Shown one piece after another: positions 31,192 to 41,300 of a DNA stretch of 64,000 bases. Source of the DNA: Okeania sp. SIO1H4. Its GTDB lineage: Bacteria > Cyanobacteriota > Cyanobacteriia > Cyanobacteriales > Microcoleaceae. The first letter of the stretch is position 1; every line of letters begins with the position of its first letter. The stretch lies in assembly GCF_010672695.1 (NCBI RefSeq), contig NZ_JAAHGB010000033.1, positions 7,965 to 71,964 of the forward strand, written 5' to 3'. The notes beneath the pieces are model-generated. The model was not told the origin of the DNA. It saw only the letters and a list, made by a program, of their open reading frames with translations, and did no database searches. Both the position numbers and the translations under genes were made by a program.

Positions 31192-31905
31192 ATGACAATT
31201 CCTTTAATGTACTACCCACTTTCTAGTCAAAACCATCGGGTTCAAAGATTTGATGTCCCTGGAGATGAATATCCTATACAATACAGTTTAGAGAACCTGC
31301 CTACTGCTACAGAGATGGATGAGATTATCTGGGCAGCCTATCGGCAAATTTTCAATGAGCAGCAAATGATCGCAGCACATCGACAGGTTGCTCTGGAGTC
31401 TCAACTGCGCAATGGTCAGATCACAATGAAAGATTTCATTCAAGGTTTGTTGCTTTCTGAGTCATTCCGGCGACTGATCTATGATAGCAACAGTAACTAT
31501 CGTTGTGTTGAGCTTTGTATTCAAAGGGTTTTAGGACGCCCTGTCTATAACAATCAAGAGAAACTTGCCTGGTCTATTGTATTGGCAACAAAGGGACTTC
31601 ATGGTTTTGTCAATGACCTGTTAAACAGCGAAGAATATGACAAGTATTTTGGCTATAACTTTGTTCCCTATCAACGTTGCCGAATTTTACCTCAACGCAC
31701 TCAGGGAGAGTTACCTTTTGCTCGAATGGCTCGTTACGACAGCTATTACCTAGAGCAGTTATATCAAACAGGGCAACTACGGAAATTTTATCCAGGTATG
31801 TTAGATAGTAGCGCTCGTGCTTATCGCAAAGCTCTATCATTTGTGGGAATACTCTCTGTAGCAGTGTTATTAGTTACTCTGATTCTAGTACTTTCGCCCA
31901 AATAA
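31192..31905 (+). CDS. cpcL: Phycobilisome rod-core linker CpcG/CpcL-like protein with C-terminal hydrophobic anchor
   Basis: PBS-linker domain (AYRQIFNEQ...LRNGQITMKDFIQGLLLSESFRRL...NYRCVELCIQRVLGRP...EEYDKYFGYNFVPYQR). The C-terminal helix ALSFVGILSVAVLLVTLILVL fits PSI-associated CpcL (CpcG2/G3) variants. Confidence 0.65.
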   Translation: MTIPLMYYPLSSQNHRVQRFDVPGDEYPIQYSLENLPTATEMDEIIWAAYRQIFNEQQMIAAHRQVALESQLRNGQITMKDFIQGLLLSESFRRLIYDSNSNYRCVELCIQRVLGRPVYNNQEKLAWSIVLATKGLHGFVNDLLNSEEYDKYFGYNFVPYQRCRILPQRTQGELPFARMARYDSYYLEQLYQTGQLRKFYPGMLDSSARAYRKALSFVGILSVAVLLVTLILVLSPK

Positions 31906-32446
31906 TATCAATAATCGGGACTTACGCAAAATATGAAATCATACACCATCTGTAGTGAAAAATTGTACTTAACCTCTACTATATGTGGTATTTATGCGTA
32001 AGTCCTGTAATAAATGTAACATTATGACAAACATCACAAAAACTTACATATCTACTTCACTCGATCAACACCAAAAAATCACGGTTGGTTGTACCATTAA
32101 TCACTACCAAATCAGGAAAAAGAGTGGATGATTAAAATATAGAATTTAAGATTAATCTTAATGCTTCAAATTAACTTACTTCCCGGTGCAATCAACGAAA
32201 TTATGGCTTCTGCTGCCAAAAGTGGCTTTCTCACAAAATTAGACTGCTATGGCCTCATGGCTGCTGTATTAGACGATTCTCTAAGCACAGAAGATCGTTC
32301 TACTGTTAAGCGACTTTCATATTTTGTACTCAGAGGATGGGTACGAGTAGAGTAGACATAGAGTTGGCGATCGATACTTTGTTTAAATGTTATGCCTCAA
32401 CAAATTCATCAGGAAATGCTTACCTTCTTCCTTCTTCCTTCTTTTC

Positions 32447-33367
32447 CTAAAACAAAAAAATCATCCGAATAATTCCCACAGTAATAGTTTCATTATCCTC
32501 GTCATGTTCGGGATTAATAACTACTAAAACTCCCGGATTAATTGAAATATTGTCATTAATTTGATAACGATAAAAACCCTCCAAATGCCAAGCTGTATCA
32601 TCATCATCTGGACCATTATCAGTATCAGTTACTTTAGGTGGATTTCCAATTACAAAACCAAGCAAACTTCCCTGTTTACCTAAGTCAGTAAATCCTAAAG
32701 TAACTGCCCAATTAAAAATAGTTGCTTCATCTCCTTCCTTAACAAGACCAACAGATTTTTCAGCATCAGCAAAACTCCATCCAGTCCAACCGGAAACTGT
32801 GAAATTATTCAAAGCACGCCAACTTCCTTGAATACCTAAATGATCTGCGGAAGTGGGAACTAAATTACCAAAGGGTGCATTTGCTCTTCTACTACCTGTT
32901 GCTGCTGAGACAAATAACTTCCTTTTTGGATAGTAAGAACGTACATAAGTAACGCCAAAACGGAGGCGATCGCTTGGTCGAATATCTAGTTGTGCTAAAC
33001 CTGCATTACTACCATTAAAAAATCCATTACTTTCTCTTGGGTTTTCCGGGTCTCTTGCTAAATATCCTAATGATAAAGTTACGGATTTATTAATATTATA
33101 AACAACTGTTACTCCAGCACCTCGTGCCCCTTGGGCATAGATAGGATTGAAGCGTCCAAACCTAGAAATTGCCCCTGATATTCTATTTGCAAAAAGTCTG
33201 TTGAAGTTATCAGAAACATTCATATTAAATCTACCACCAATGGCATCAACATGAACTCTAAATTTTTTGCCAACGGGAAAACGATAGAATAATTTACCAA
33301 TATCAACAGTATTATTAGTATTTCTTTGAAACGCTAAACGAGTCATATTTGTTCCAGTTATTGGCAC
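32447..33367 (-). pseudogene. C-terminal ~300-aa fragment of an outer-membrane beta-barrel porin (OprB-like), lacking its N-terminal part
   Basis: Alternating-hydrophobic beta-strand pattern and C-terminal aromatic residue (...IRMIFLF). Typical cyanobacterial OprB-family porins are >500 aa with an N-terminal SLH domain. It abuts a permease fragment. Confidence 0.4.
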
Positions 33368-33455
33368 TCCATAGGCAACTATCCTCTACAATCAATTTGG
33401 CTCACTTCCTGAAGTTACACCTTTTCTAGATGGGATTAAACCAGTTGTTCTATCC

Positions 33456-33809
33456 TTAATTTTTAGGTGGTACTCCTTGCAAAGCAGTAATCAGAGGTCT
33501 GACCGCTCGACTAATCAAAGGTTTTATACCAGCTATTATTCCGAGGAAACTGCCACTTAATGTTGCTATTGTGAAGCCACTAATTGCATTTAAACTAGTA
33601 GTTAAAATAGCTAAAGTTAATTTATTTGCCGTTGCCAAATTTTTCAGAGCGACTAGAGTTTCTAGAGGAGAAGGTAGAATGATTGAACTATAGTGCATTG
33701 CTAGTAGTTGCCATATAGTTATAAATCCTAAAAAGCCGATTAATTCAGGTAAAATAACTTGAATTAGTTTGAATATATTTTTATCAAATTTATCAGATTG
33801 AATCATCAA
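33456..33809 (-). pseudogene. N-terminal fragment (117 aa) of an ABC transporter permease (NitT/TauT family)
   Basis: IILPSPLETLVALKN... matches the start of the TM core of NrtB/SsuC/TauC-type permeases. The ORF ends after ~2 helices, where these permeases normally have 6. Confidence 0.45.
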
Positions 33810-33951
33810 CTTGACTATGTTATTTTAAACTTGAACAGGACTTACGCAAAGACACTATATATAGCGTTTACCAATTTAGGCGATTGCTGACGCAAAGCTC
33901 CGCTAACGCTTAAAAAATCAAGTGCGATCGCCTCAAGATTTTGGGCATTTT

Positions 33952-34164
33952 TCAAACAAGAGTAAAAACACTTAATATAGTGTCCTTGCGTAAGTCCTGA
34001 TTAAAATACATTTTAAGACATAGTTGTTTAACTTCAGGGTGATATGCTTTGGGTTTAGGAGATTCAACAAATTGATGTCCACAGTCGTGACAACGATAAG
34101 ATTGTTTTTGCCGACGAAAACCATTTTTCTTATAACGAGAAGATTGGCATTTGGGACAGTACAT
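33952..34164 (-). mobile_element. IS1-family InsA-like transposase N-terminal fragment (Zn finger), truncated by a MITE-like insertion
   Basis: MYCPKCQSSRYKKNGFRRQKQSYRCHDCGHQF gives a CxxC...CxxC zinc finger like InsA. The C-terminal 15 aa are translated from the CAGGACTTACGCAAGGACACTATA element at 33985-34010. Confidence 0.45.
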
Positions 34165-34406
34165 TTTTTCTTGAGTTTGACAACAATTTTATTCTATAGC
34201 ATTCTATATTCACTAACGCCTGAAAGTTTACATTAGGCATCTCCAATAATCAAAAATAAAATCAATTATCATACATAAATCATCAATTATTTCCCCCTAC
34301 TCCCTACTCCCTACTCCCTACTCCCTCTTTTCCGGAGATGTCTATTTTTGAGAGTTGAATAGAGTGTAAGATGGTTAATCAGTTGTTGAATATAACTAAG
34401 ATTATT

Positions 34407-35804
34407 ATGGCTCAGTCTCTAAACGATCACCTTCACCTTTCTATCATTGCATGTGGTCACGCTGGTTCCGGTAAGTCCACCACCCTATGACACTTGATCT
34501 ACAAATGCGGCTCGATTACCAAGCGTCAGATATCTACGTTTGAGAAAGAGTCTCTTGAAATGGGAAAGGGGTCTTCCAAGTATGCCTGGGTCATGGATAG
34601 AACTCCGGAGGAACGCGAGCGAGGTATGACCCTAGAGGTGAACTACTGGAGAATAAAAACGGAGAAATATTTCTGCCATCTCATTGATGTTCCCCATGCC
34701 ATTGATCAAGTGATTAGTGCGGCCTCCCAAGCTGATGCTGCGATACTCATGGTTGATGCCAAAAAAGGAAGCTTTGAAGCTGGCTATGCTATGGACGGAC
34801 AAACTCGCCAACACGCTTTCATACTCTATTGCCTTGGTGTCAAGCAGCTTATTGTTGCTGTCAATCAGATGGATGCTGTTAACTATGACCAAGAGCGCTA
34901 CAACGAGATTGTTCTAGAAATGAGTGAACTTCTCAAAAAAATTGGCTACAATCCGAAAGCAATTAGGTTTATTCCTATCTCTGGATGGACAGGTGAGAAC
35001 TTCTTGGAACCAGCAAGTAATATGAGTTGGTATCAAGGTACTCATATTGAGATGATGAACAGGTACGGGAATTTGGTACGAGCTTCTTTTAAAACCCTCT
35101 TCGAGGCTATTAATACCTTTCTTCTACCTTCAGATGACTCTGGACCCATGCGTACCTGTGTCTCTAGAGTATTTCAACCCGGGGACGACCATAACCTACA
35201 GATTGGTAATGGTCGATTTTCATTTATGGGACATGTTGAACGTGGAATCCTTAAGCCGGGAGATGAAGTTGTCTTTTACCCCACTCACACCAACTCCAAC
35301 CCTTGCACAGCTAGAATTACCAATCTAGAGATTAGCCATGAGGAGACCACCTCCGCTAAGAAGGGTAACATTGTCAATTTTATTCTCGATGGTATTTCCC
35401 ATGCTAACTCGCCCCATGTTGGTGATGTCATGGTTCATAAATCCGACTCCTCTATTGGCAGGATTCGGAGCTTCCAAGCTCAGGTTATTGTGCAATCTCA
35501 TTGTGGTTCGATTGAAGTTGGCTACCAGACCACAGTCCTTATCAATAGTGCCCAGGTTGTAGTCCGCCTCACTGCTATCGAGCGTCAACTAGATAGAAGG
35601 GGTCGCACCATCGCTGAGAACCCCGCTAAGATTGAGGAAGGAGATGGTGCCATTGTTACATTTGAAGTCCAAGAACCTTTAACGGCAGAGCCATTCAAGG
35701 ATTGTTCAGGACTGGGTCGGTTGATTCTGATGGACGGTAATAAGAATTCTGAGGGCGTTGCCAATTTAATAGTTGGTGTCATCCGAGAGGTTGAACGTGT
35801 TTGA
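34407..35804 (+). pseudogene. Archaeal/eukaryotic-type elongation factor 1-alpha (aEF1A/eEF1A)-like gene with in-frame TGA at 34488-34490 and degenerate G3/G4 motifs
   Basis: [74 protein letters not shown]... is colinear over the full length (domains I-III) with eEF1A/aEF1A. Anchors include [43 protein letters not shown] and SGW. It is not EF-Tu-like. DxPGH is changed to DVPHA and NKxD to NQMD. Confidence 0.6.
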
Positions 35805-36550
35805 CCTACCCATTGACATCCTCTCCCGCTAAATCGAAGATTATAGCGGGAGATTCCCAAACATCGCTATTTGGGTTCCGGGTTTAAGTAGCAATTGTGC
35901 AAGAAACCCCGTTAAGGTATTTGCGATCGCGCTCTCCAATTAAACCTCTCTGAGAAAAAACCCTGAGACCCTTGATTTATCGTTATAAATTTCTGCACCA
36001 AATAAACTACAGTTTATTAACAGGACTTACGCAAGGACACTATATATGGTGCTTAGCGTTCAGACTATCTCTATATTGGCACTGCTTACTAGGTTCCTCT
36101 GAGCGATCGCCTGAACTCCAAAACATAACTAATAGATATCTCCGAAAAAGAATCTGAAATCCCTGTGTATAGGTAAAAATATAATTTCTAGAGATGTTTA
36201 ATGGAATATTCACTAACATAGGCGATCGCACTTGATTTTTTAAGCGACCGCCTAAATTGGTAAACTCTATATATAGTGTCTTTGCGTAAGTCCTGTTGAA
36301 TATAATCTTGACAGGATTTATCGCAGAAGGAACACAGAGTAATATAATTCCCTTGATCATCATACAATGCGTAGGGGCGAATGGCCATTTGTGCTCCGCA
36401 AAGCTCCGAATGGCGCCCCTACAATATAGACTCTTAATCTTAAACAATGCTGAATAACACTGATGCGACCAGATTTGAGATCAAACCCTTGTAGGAATGT
36501 TCCATGGAACGCCCCTACATTCTTTTTCGGAAGGAAAGCAAGTTGAAAAC

Positions 36551-38038
36551 CTACGAAGCACTTCCAATTACAATATCGCGCACCCGCACAGGTACACAAC
36601 TATGAGTCATTTGAGCTATCTGCATCGGTTCCCCTTTCCCACAAATATTAGTACCACACTGCTCCCTTTCTGCAACAGTTCCCACCGCATCAACACTATT
36701 CCAAAAATCTGTTGTCATCGAATGATAAGTCACATCTTTCAACATTCCCACAACTTTGCCTTTTTTCACCTGCCAAAAAGCATCTCCACCAAATTGAAAA
36801 TTCCGTCGCTGTTGGTCAATAGAAAAACTACCAACACCATCAATTAAAATCCCATCTTCAGTATCAGCAATCATTTCATCTAAACTAGCAGTATGACTAC
36901 CACCATCAGCACCCGCTTCTAACCCCAAATTCGGAATGCGTACCATCGGTACACTCGACCAACTGTCAGCAAAAGCACAACCATTACTACTACCACGTCC
37001 AAGTCGGTAAGCTGTTTCTCGGTCTGTGAGATAATCAACTAATATCCCATCCTTAACAACATACCATTCTTGTGACTTCACACCCTCATCATCATATCCC
37101 ATTGTACTACGACCACCTGGTTGAGTGCGATCGCATTTAAAATTAACCCAGGGAGCAGCATATTGAAGTTTACCCATTTTATCGGTAGTGGCAAAACTTG
37201 TACCAGCAAAATTAGATTCATAACCATAAACCCTATCTAATTCGGTGGGGTGTCCAACAGATTCGTGGATGGTTAAAAATAGATTCGTTGGTTTTAAAAT
37301 TAGGGTGGAGCGAACATCCGCAGGTCCTTTGGGAGCATAAACTTTTGCAATTGCTTCCTCAGCAACCCGTTCTACTTGACTCAATAGATCCGTGGGGTTA
37401 ATATGCTCATAACCAATATTCAAAGGAGGTCGTTCGTAACTGCGACTTTGAGCATCACCATTAGCAATAGCTGTACAAGTAAACCCAGGATAACTACGGT
37501 AAATTGTTTGCTCAATTAAGGAATCATTTGTAGAAGCAAATATTTTCTCTTCTTTAGTAAACCGGAGAAAAGAAGCAGCTTTTTTCACTCCTCGCTCCTC
37601 ATAACTCAATAATTTCTCATTCAAATTTAAAAGTAATTCTGCCTTTTCGCCAATGGGTACTGCAAAAGGATCAATTTCAATGGGAGTAACATAACTATCA
37701 CGGTAGGTTTCCACAGGTACTAACTTTACAGGTGTTTGTTGACAGAGACGACTACCCTTAGCAATATCTACTGCCAGAGCAACAACTCTAGCTACCTCTT
37801 CTAGACTTTGGCGATGACTGGCAGCAAAACCCCATGCACCATTGAGCAAAACTCTCACCCCAAAACCAGAATTGACCTTATCTTCTAATCTGTTGAGAGA
37901 GCGATCGCGAGCTGTTAAATTTTGAGAACGATAAATACATAAGCGAATATCTCCATATTCACATCCGGACTGACGAATTAAGTCTATTGCGAAGGTAGCT
38001 AATTCTGTAGTTTTAATCTTTGCTGGTGCTTGTACCAT
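36551..38038 (-). CDS. tldD: TldD/PmbA-family metalloprotease (TldD-like)
   Basis: 495 aa with the TldD N-terminal domain (GCEYGDIRL...FGVRVL.NGAWGFA) and C-terminal conserved HESVGHPTE-type region. Confidence 0.75.
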   Translation of the reverse strand: MVQAPAKIKTTELATFAIDLIRQSGCEYGDIRLCIYRSQNLTARDRSLNRLEDKVNSGFGVRVLLNGAWGFAASHRQSLEEVARVVALAVDIAKGSRLCQQTPVKLVPVETYRDSYVTPIEIDPFAVPIGEKAELLLNLNEKLLSYEERGVKKAASFLRFTKEEKIFASTNDSLIEQTIYRSYPGFTCTAIANGDAQSRSYERPPLNIGYEHINPTDLLSQVERVAEEAIAKVYAPKGPADVRSTLILKPTNLFLTIHESVGHPTELDRVYGYESNFAGTSFATTDKMGKLQYAAPWVNFKCDRTQPGGRSTMGYDDEGVKSQEWYVVKDGILVDYLTDRETAYRLGRGSSNGCAFADSWSSVPMVRIPNLGLEAGADGGSHTASLDEMIADTEDGILIDGVGSFSIDQQRRNFQFGGDAFWQVKKGKVVGMLKDVTYHSMTTDFWNSVDAVGTVAEREQCGTNICGKGEPMQIAQMTHSCVPVRVRDIVIGSAS

Positions 38039-38166
38039 TCTATGTTAATCTGAATTTTATCTAATTTATTTTATATAATGCACCATTTTTGTCCAAAATT
38101 TTAGTTTGTAGGTTGTAGGTTAATCAAAAATGATTGTAGATTTGAGAGAATCGTGAGGAGTTTGCT

Positions 38167-39633
38167 ATGCCTAATCAATATTTATCTCCAAAAAATCTGT
38201 TAAAATCAAAATTTTTATTAAAATTTATTGGATTAGTAGGAACACTGGTAATTAATTGGAGTTTTACTCGGCCAGTTTTTGCAGCCTTCTTAACAAACTG
38301 GTTTTTTGACCCAGACAATAATCAACTCCAGTTTACTCTCCCATCAGGTACAGCTCCTAGTTTTTCTTTAGAAAATAAACCAGCTCGTCTAATTGTATAC
38401 ATTCCCAATACAGAGGTTAGTGTAGATGTGACTGAGTTATATCCGGCAGGTTTGGTGCGCCGAGTTAGTCTTTCTCAAGAGCAACCAGAACAAGCAAAAG
38501 TTATTATAGATTTTGCTCCAGAAGTGGTTATCTCTAGCAAACAAGTACAATTAGAACAGGTTGAACCACAGGAAAATAGTTGGCAGTTACGTTTACTTAT
38601 GGCTGAAGGTGCATTCTCAGAGCCACCAGAGATAATTTCAGATCCACAGGCAACTGAGCCAGAAACTACAGAAGTAGAAAATTCTCAAACTACTGCTTCA
38701 CAGGCAACTGAGCCAGAAACTACAGAAGTAGAAAATTCTCAAACTACCGAAGAAGAAGAGGATAATCAAACTTCTACTCAACCAAAGCAAGATAGTGTAG
38801 GTTTGTTAGACACTGCTCCGGAACAAGAATCTCCTTTACCAAACCCAGGGCCTTCTGCGGAGCCTTCTGTACCATTTTTGGTCATTCCCACTGACAGGCC
38901 AGGTAGGTTTAGGTCTCCAATAGTAGATGCTTTGAGTAATGAAAAGCCGGAAACGGAAAGTTCTCAGGTTGAAGAAACACCAACACTTGAGACTAGAGAG
39001 GAAGAAGAGACAGTTATTTCACTTCCTCCAGAGTCCATAGAAGAATCAAAAAATACTACAGAGTCAGTAAGTGTGGTTACTTTTGGAGAACCTTTGCCTG
39101 GATCGTCGGGGCCAAAACAATCTGAAGATGATGCTTCTATATTAATAGAGGAAGGAGAAGTTATCGGTTTAATTTATCCTTCTCAAGATGTTAGATTACC
39201 ACGAGATATTGAGATACAGGAAGTTTTGCTGCTCAAAGAGGCGATAGTTGACGAATCTGGTAGAGTTATAGTTCCAGCTAGAACACCTGTAGTTGGTGGT
39301 TTTGATACTACCACTCGCGGAAGTAAATTTATCGCCAGGGCTATATATGTAGATGAGCGCTTAATTCCTTTTTCTGCTGAATCAGAATTACTCCGAGGCC
39401 ATCCTAATGTAAATGAAAAAGTTTTGGCTGCCAGTAGCGCTGGTGGGGGGTTAGGATTATTACTGTTAACGGGTTCAGGTTTTGGTTTTCTGGCAGGAGC
39501 AGCTCTTGGTGCTGGTAGTGTTGTTCTTACTTCTCCTCGTTCTGTTACTCTAGAAGGCGATATTGTTATAGAAGTTCGTGTAGTTAAGGATTTACCTCGT
39601 TCTAGGTTTTACGAGGATATTGGCAGTTTTTAG
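38167..39633 (+). CDS. Hypothetical exported/membrane-anchored protein with acidic Pro/Glu/Thr-rich repeat region and Gly-rich C-terminal TM
   Basis: N-terminal hydrophobic segment. Duplicated ATEPETTEVENSQTT units at about 38650-38750. C-terminal GGGLGLLLLTGSGFGFLAGAALGAG helix. Confidence 0.5.
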   Translation: MPNQYLSPKNLLKSKFLLKFIGLVGTLVINWSFTRPVFAAFLTNWFFDPDNNQLQFTLPSGTAPSFSLENKPARLIVYIPNTEVSVDVTELYPAGLVRRVSLSQEQPEQAKVIIDFAPEVVISSKQVQLEQVEPQENSWQLRLLMAEGAFSEPPEIISDPQATEPETTEVENSQTTASQATEPETTEVENSQTTEEEEDNQTSTQPKQDSVGLLDTAPEQESPLPNPGPSAEPSVPFLVIPTDRPGRFRSPIVDALSNEKPETESSQVEETPTLETREEEETVISLPPESIEESKNTTESVSVVTFGEPLPGSSGPKQSEDDASILIEEGEVIGLIYPSQDVRLPRDIEIQEVLLLKEAIVDESGRVIVPARTPVVGGFDTTTRGSKFIARAIYVDERLIPFSAESELLRGHPNVNEKVLAASSAGGGLGLLLLTGSGFGFLAGAALGAGSVVLTSPRSVTLEGDIVIEVRVVKDLPRSRFYEDIGSF

Positions 39634-39652
39634 GAGATGGGGGGATGGGGTG

Positions 39653-39745
39653 ATGGGGTAATGGGGTGATGGGGTGATGGGGTGATGGGGTGATGGGGTG
39701 ATGGGGTGATGGGGGGATGGGGGGATGGGGTGATGGGGTGAAAAA
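39653..39745. repeat. (GGGGTGA)n heptamer array (~13 units), followed at 39811-39855 by a (CCCCTACT)n array
   Basis: Read directly. G4-capable on the + strand. Minus-strand ORF 39602..39790 is an artefact of it. Confidence 0.9.
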
Positions 39746-39938
39746 GACACCTAGAAACAAACATCTATTGCACAGTTTTAGGTATGCCACTCCACTACTG
39801 GATTGACTTCTCCCCCACTCCCCTACTCCCCTACTCCCCTACTCCCCCACTCCCCATGAGGAAACGGAGACACGGGGACACTCCCTCTCCGCGTCTCCGT
39901 GTCTCCCCCTCTCCGTGTCCTCAAGAACCCCTACTCCC

Positions 39939-40439
39939 TTAAAAGTCAGGAGCATTTCCTGGCCCTAATTGATCGGGTAAGAAGAGGTTTTGAGCACTAT
40001 CGTTTTGATAGATACAATTAATCTCTGGATCGTCATTAATATCTCCGGTATAACCAAAGGTATTCATTCTATTTTTACAATCCCGTACTTGCTCATTATT
40101 GACTAAGTTTCTTTTCTCTAGAATTGACCAGTTATTTCTGCGGATGACACACCCTGGTTTCATATTTGGTTGAGATACATATACGTTAAAAGGATTTAGA
40201 GTCAAGAAAACTCTCATATTCATTACCATAGCACTAGCTCCAAACTGTACACAAAGTTCTGGGTTTGGTACGCTGCGATCGATAAATTCACGAGAGGCCA
40301 CATTTTGGGGAGTAAAGTTAGCGGTAGAGCTAAAGGCAATGCCAATGCCAATACCTAAAACAAATACTCCTCCTAAAATTGCTATAGTGGCATAGTTGAA
40401 TCTAGATGGTTGGGTGGTAGTTTGAGGTCTACGTTTCAT
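39939..40439 (-). CDS. Conserved cyanobacterial membrane-anchored protein (DUF3172-like)
   Basis: 166 aa with one N-terminal TM (IAILGGVFVLGIGIGIAF) and conserved Cys pairs, as in DUF3172 from memory. Confidence 0.4.
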   Translation of the reverse strand: MKRRPQTTTQPSRFNYATIAILGGVFVLGIGIGIAFSSTANFTPQNVASREFIDRSVPNPELCVQFGASAMVMNMRVFLTLNPFNVYVSQPNMKPGCVIRRNNWSILEKRNLVNNEQVRDCKNRMNTFGYTGDINDDPEINCIYQNDSAQNLFLPDQLGPGNAPDF

Positions 40440-40951
40440 ATAAATAAAAGTTAAGTTATGGAGCTTAGGCTATAAACTAATAGTGGACGAGCTAAATTTA
40501 GATTTTTACTTTCCTAGTTTGACAAGCAAGTATGTATAATTTTACCAGGTAGGTTATTTGTCCTTAAGTAAGCATAAATAACCATCAGTAAATTACCTAA
40601 TTTGGAAATTTTTTGATTAATACTATCATAATTCTCAAATTAGAACGATTAAGTCAAAATTTAAAGGTCAAAAGTCAGATAACCCCCTAGTTGAGTAATG
40701 TTAAGTTTTATGTTATAATATTTCCAATATATGCTCATAATTTTTGAGTGTAGGCCAAAATATATATCAAATAATATTTAGCTATATGTTTGTTTTCGGG
40801 TAAGTTCTAATGAGTTAGCATTCCTGAAAGGTAAAATATTTGGCAAATATTATTGAACAGAGTTAAGTATTTCTACTTTATGTCTAGCCTAAGCATTGGT
40901 CTAGACTAATGTGTCTATGTCGTATTAGAATTTTTTAATCAGGATAGAGTA

Positions 40952-41239
40952 GTGTCTGTCGAGACTATAGAAAAGCGTTCCACTTCCACAGTCCGTAAAC
41001 CTGCACCACGTTATCGTGTTTTACTCCATAACGATGATTTTAATAGTATGGAGTATGTAGTGCAAGCATTGATGAAGACAGTGCCGAGTCTAACTCAACC
41101 CCAAGCTGTCGATATTATGATGGAAGCTCACAGTAATGGTATTGCATTGGTGATTACCTGCGCTTTAGAACACGCTGAGTTTTATTGCGAAAATTTAAAA
41201 AATCAGGGACTAACTAGCACTATAGAACCTGATGAGTGA
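40952..41239 (+). CDS. clpS: ATP-dependent Clp protease adaptor ClpS
   Basis: YRVLLHNDDFNSMEYVVQALMK...QAVDIMMEAHSNGIALV is the canonical ClpS core. 95 aa. Confidence 0.85.
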   Translation: MSVETIEKRSTSTVRKPAPRYRVLLHNDDFNSMEYVVQALMKTVPSLTQPQAVDIMMEAHSNGIALVITCALEHAEFYCENLKNQGLTSTIEPDE

Positions 41240-41300
41240 TTTAATTGTAATATAGAAGCCGAGTTTCTACCTTGAGAAGCTCGGTTTCTCATTTGTATAG

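Noticed and set aside
32161-32355. 64-aa ORF between cpcL and the porin fragment
   Set aside because: No motif and no obvious RBS. It could be real, but it is unsupported.
34488-34490. TGA in the EF1A-like gene as programmed recoding (selenocysteine or read-through)
   Set aside because: There is no SECIS-like context that I can see, and the codon replaces a conserved Gly. A nonsense mutation or sequencing error is more likely. I could not exclude recoding without further data.
36040-36447. ORFs 36040..36447, 36188..36388, 36360..36599, 35972..36157 and 34024..34236
   Set aside because: They sit in MITE-rich sequence, and their peptide QDLRKDTIY is the translation of the CAGGACTTACGCAAGGACACTATA element. 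They are not genes.
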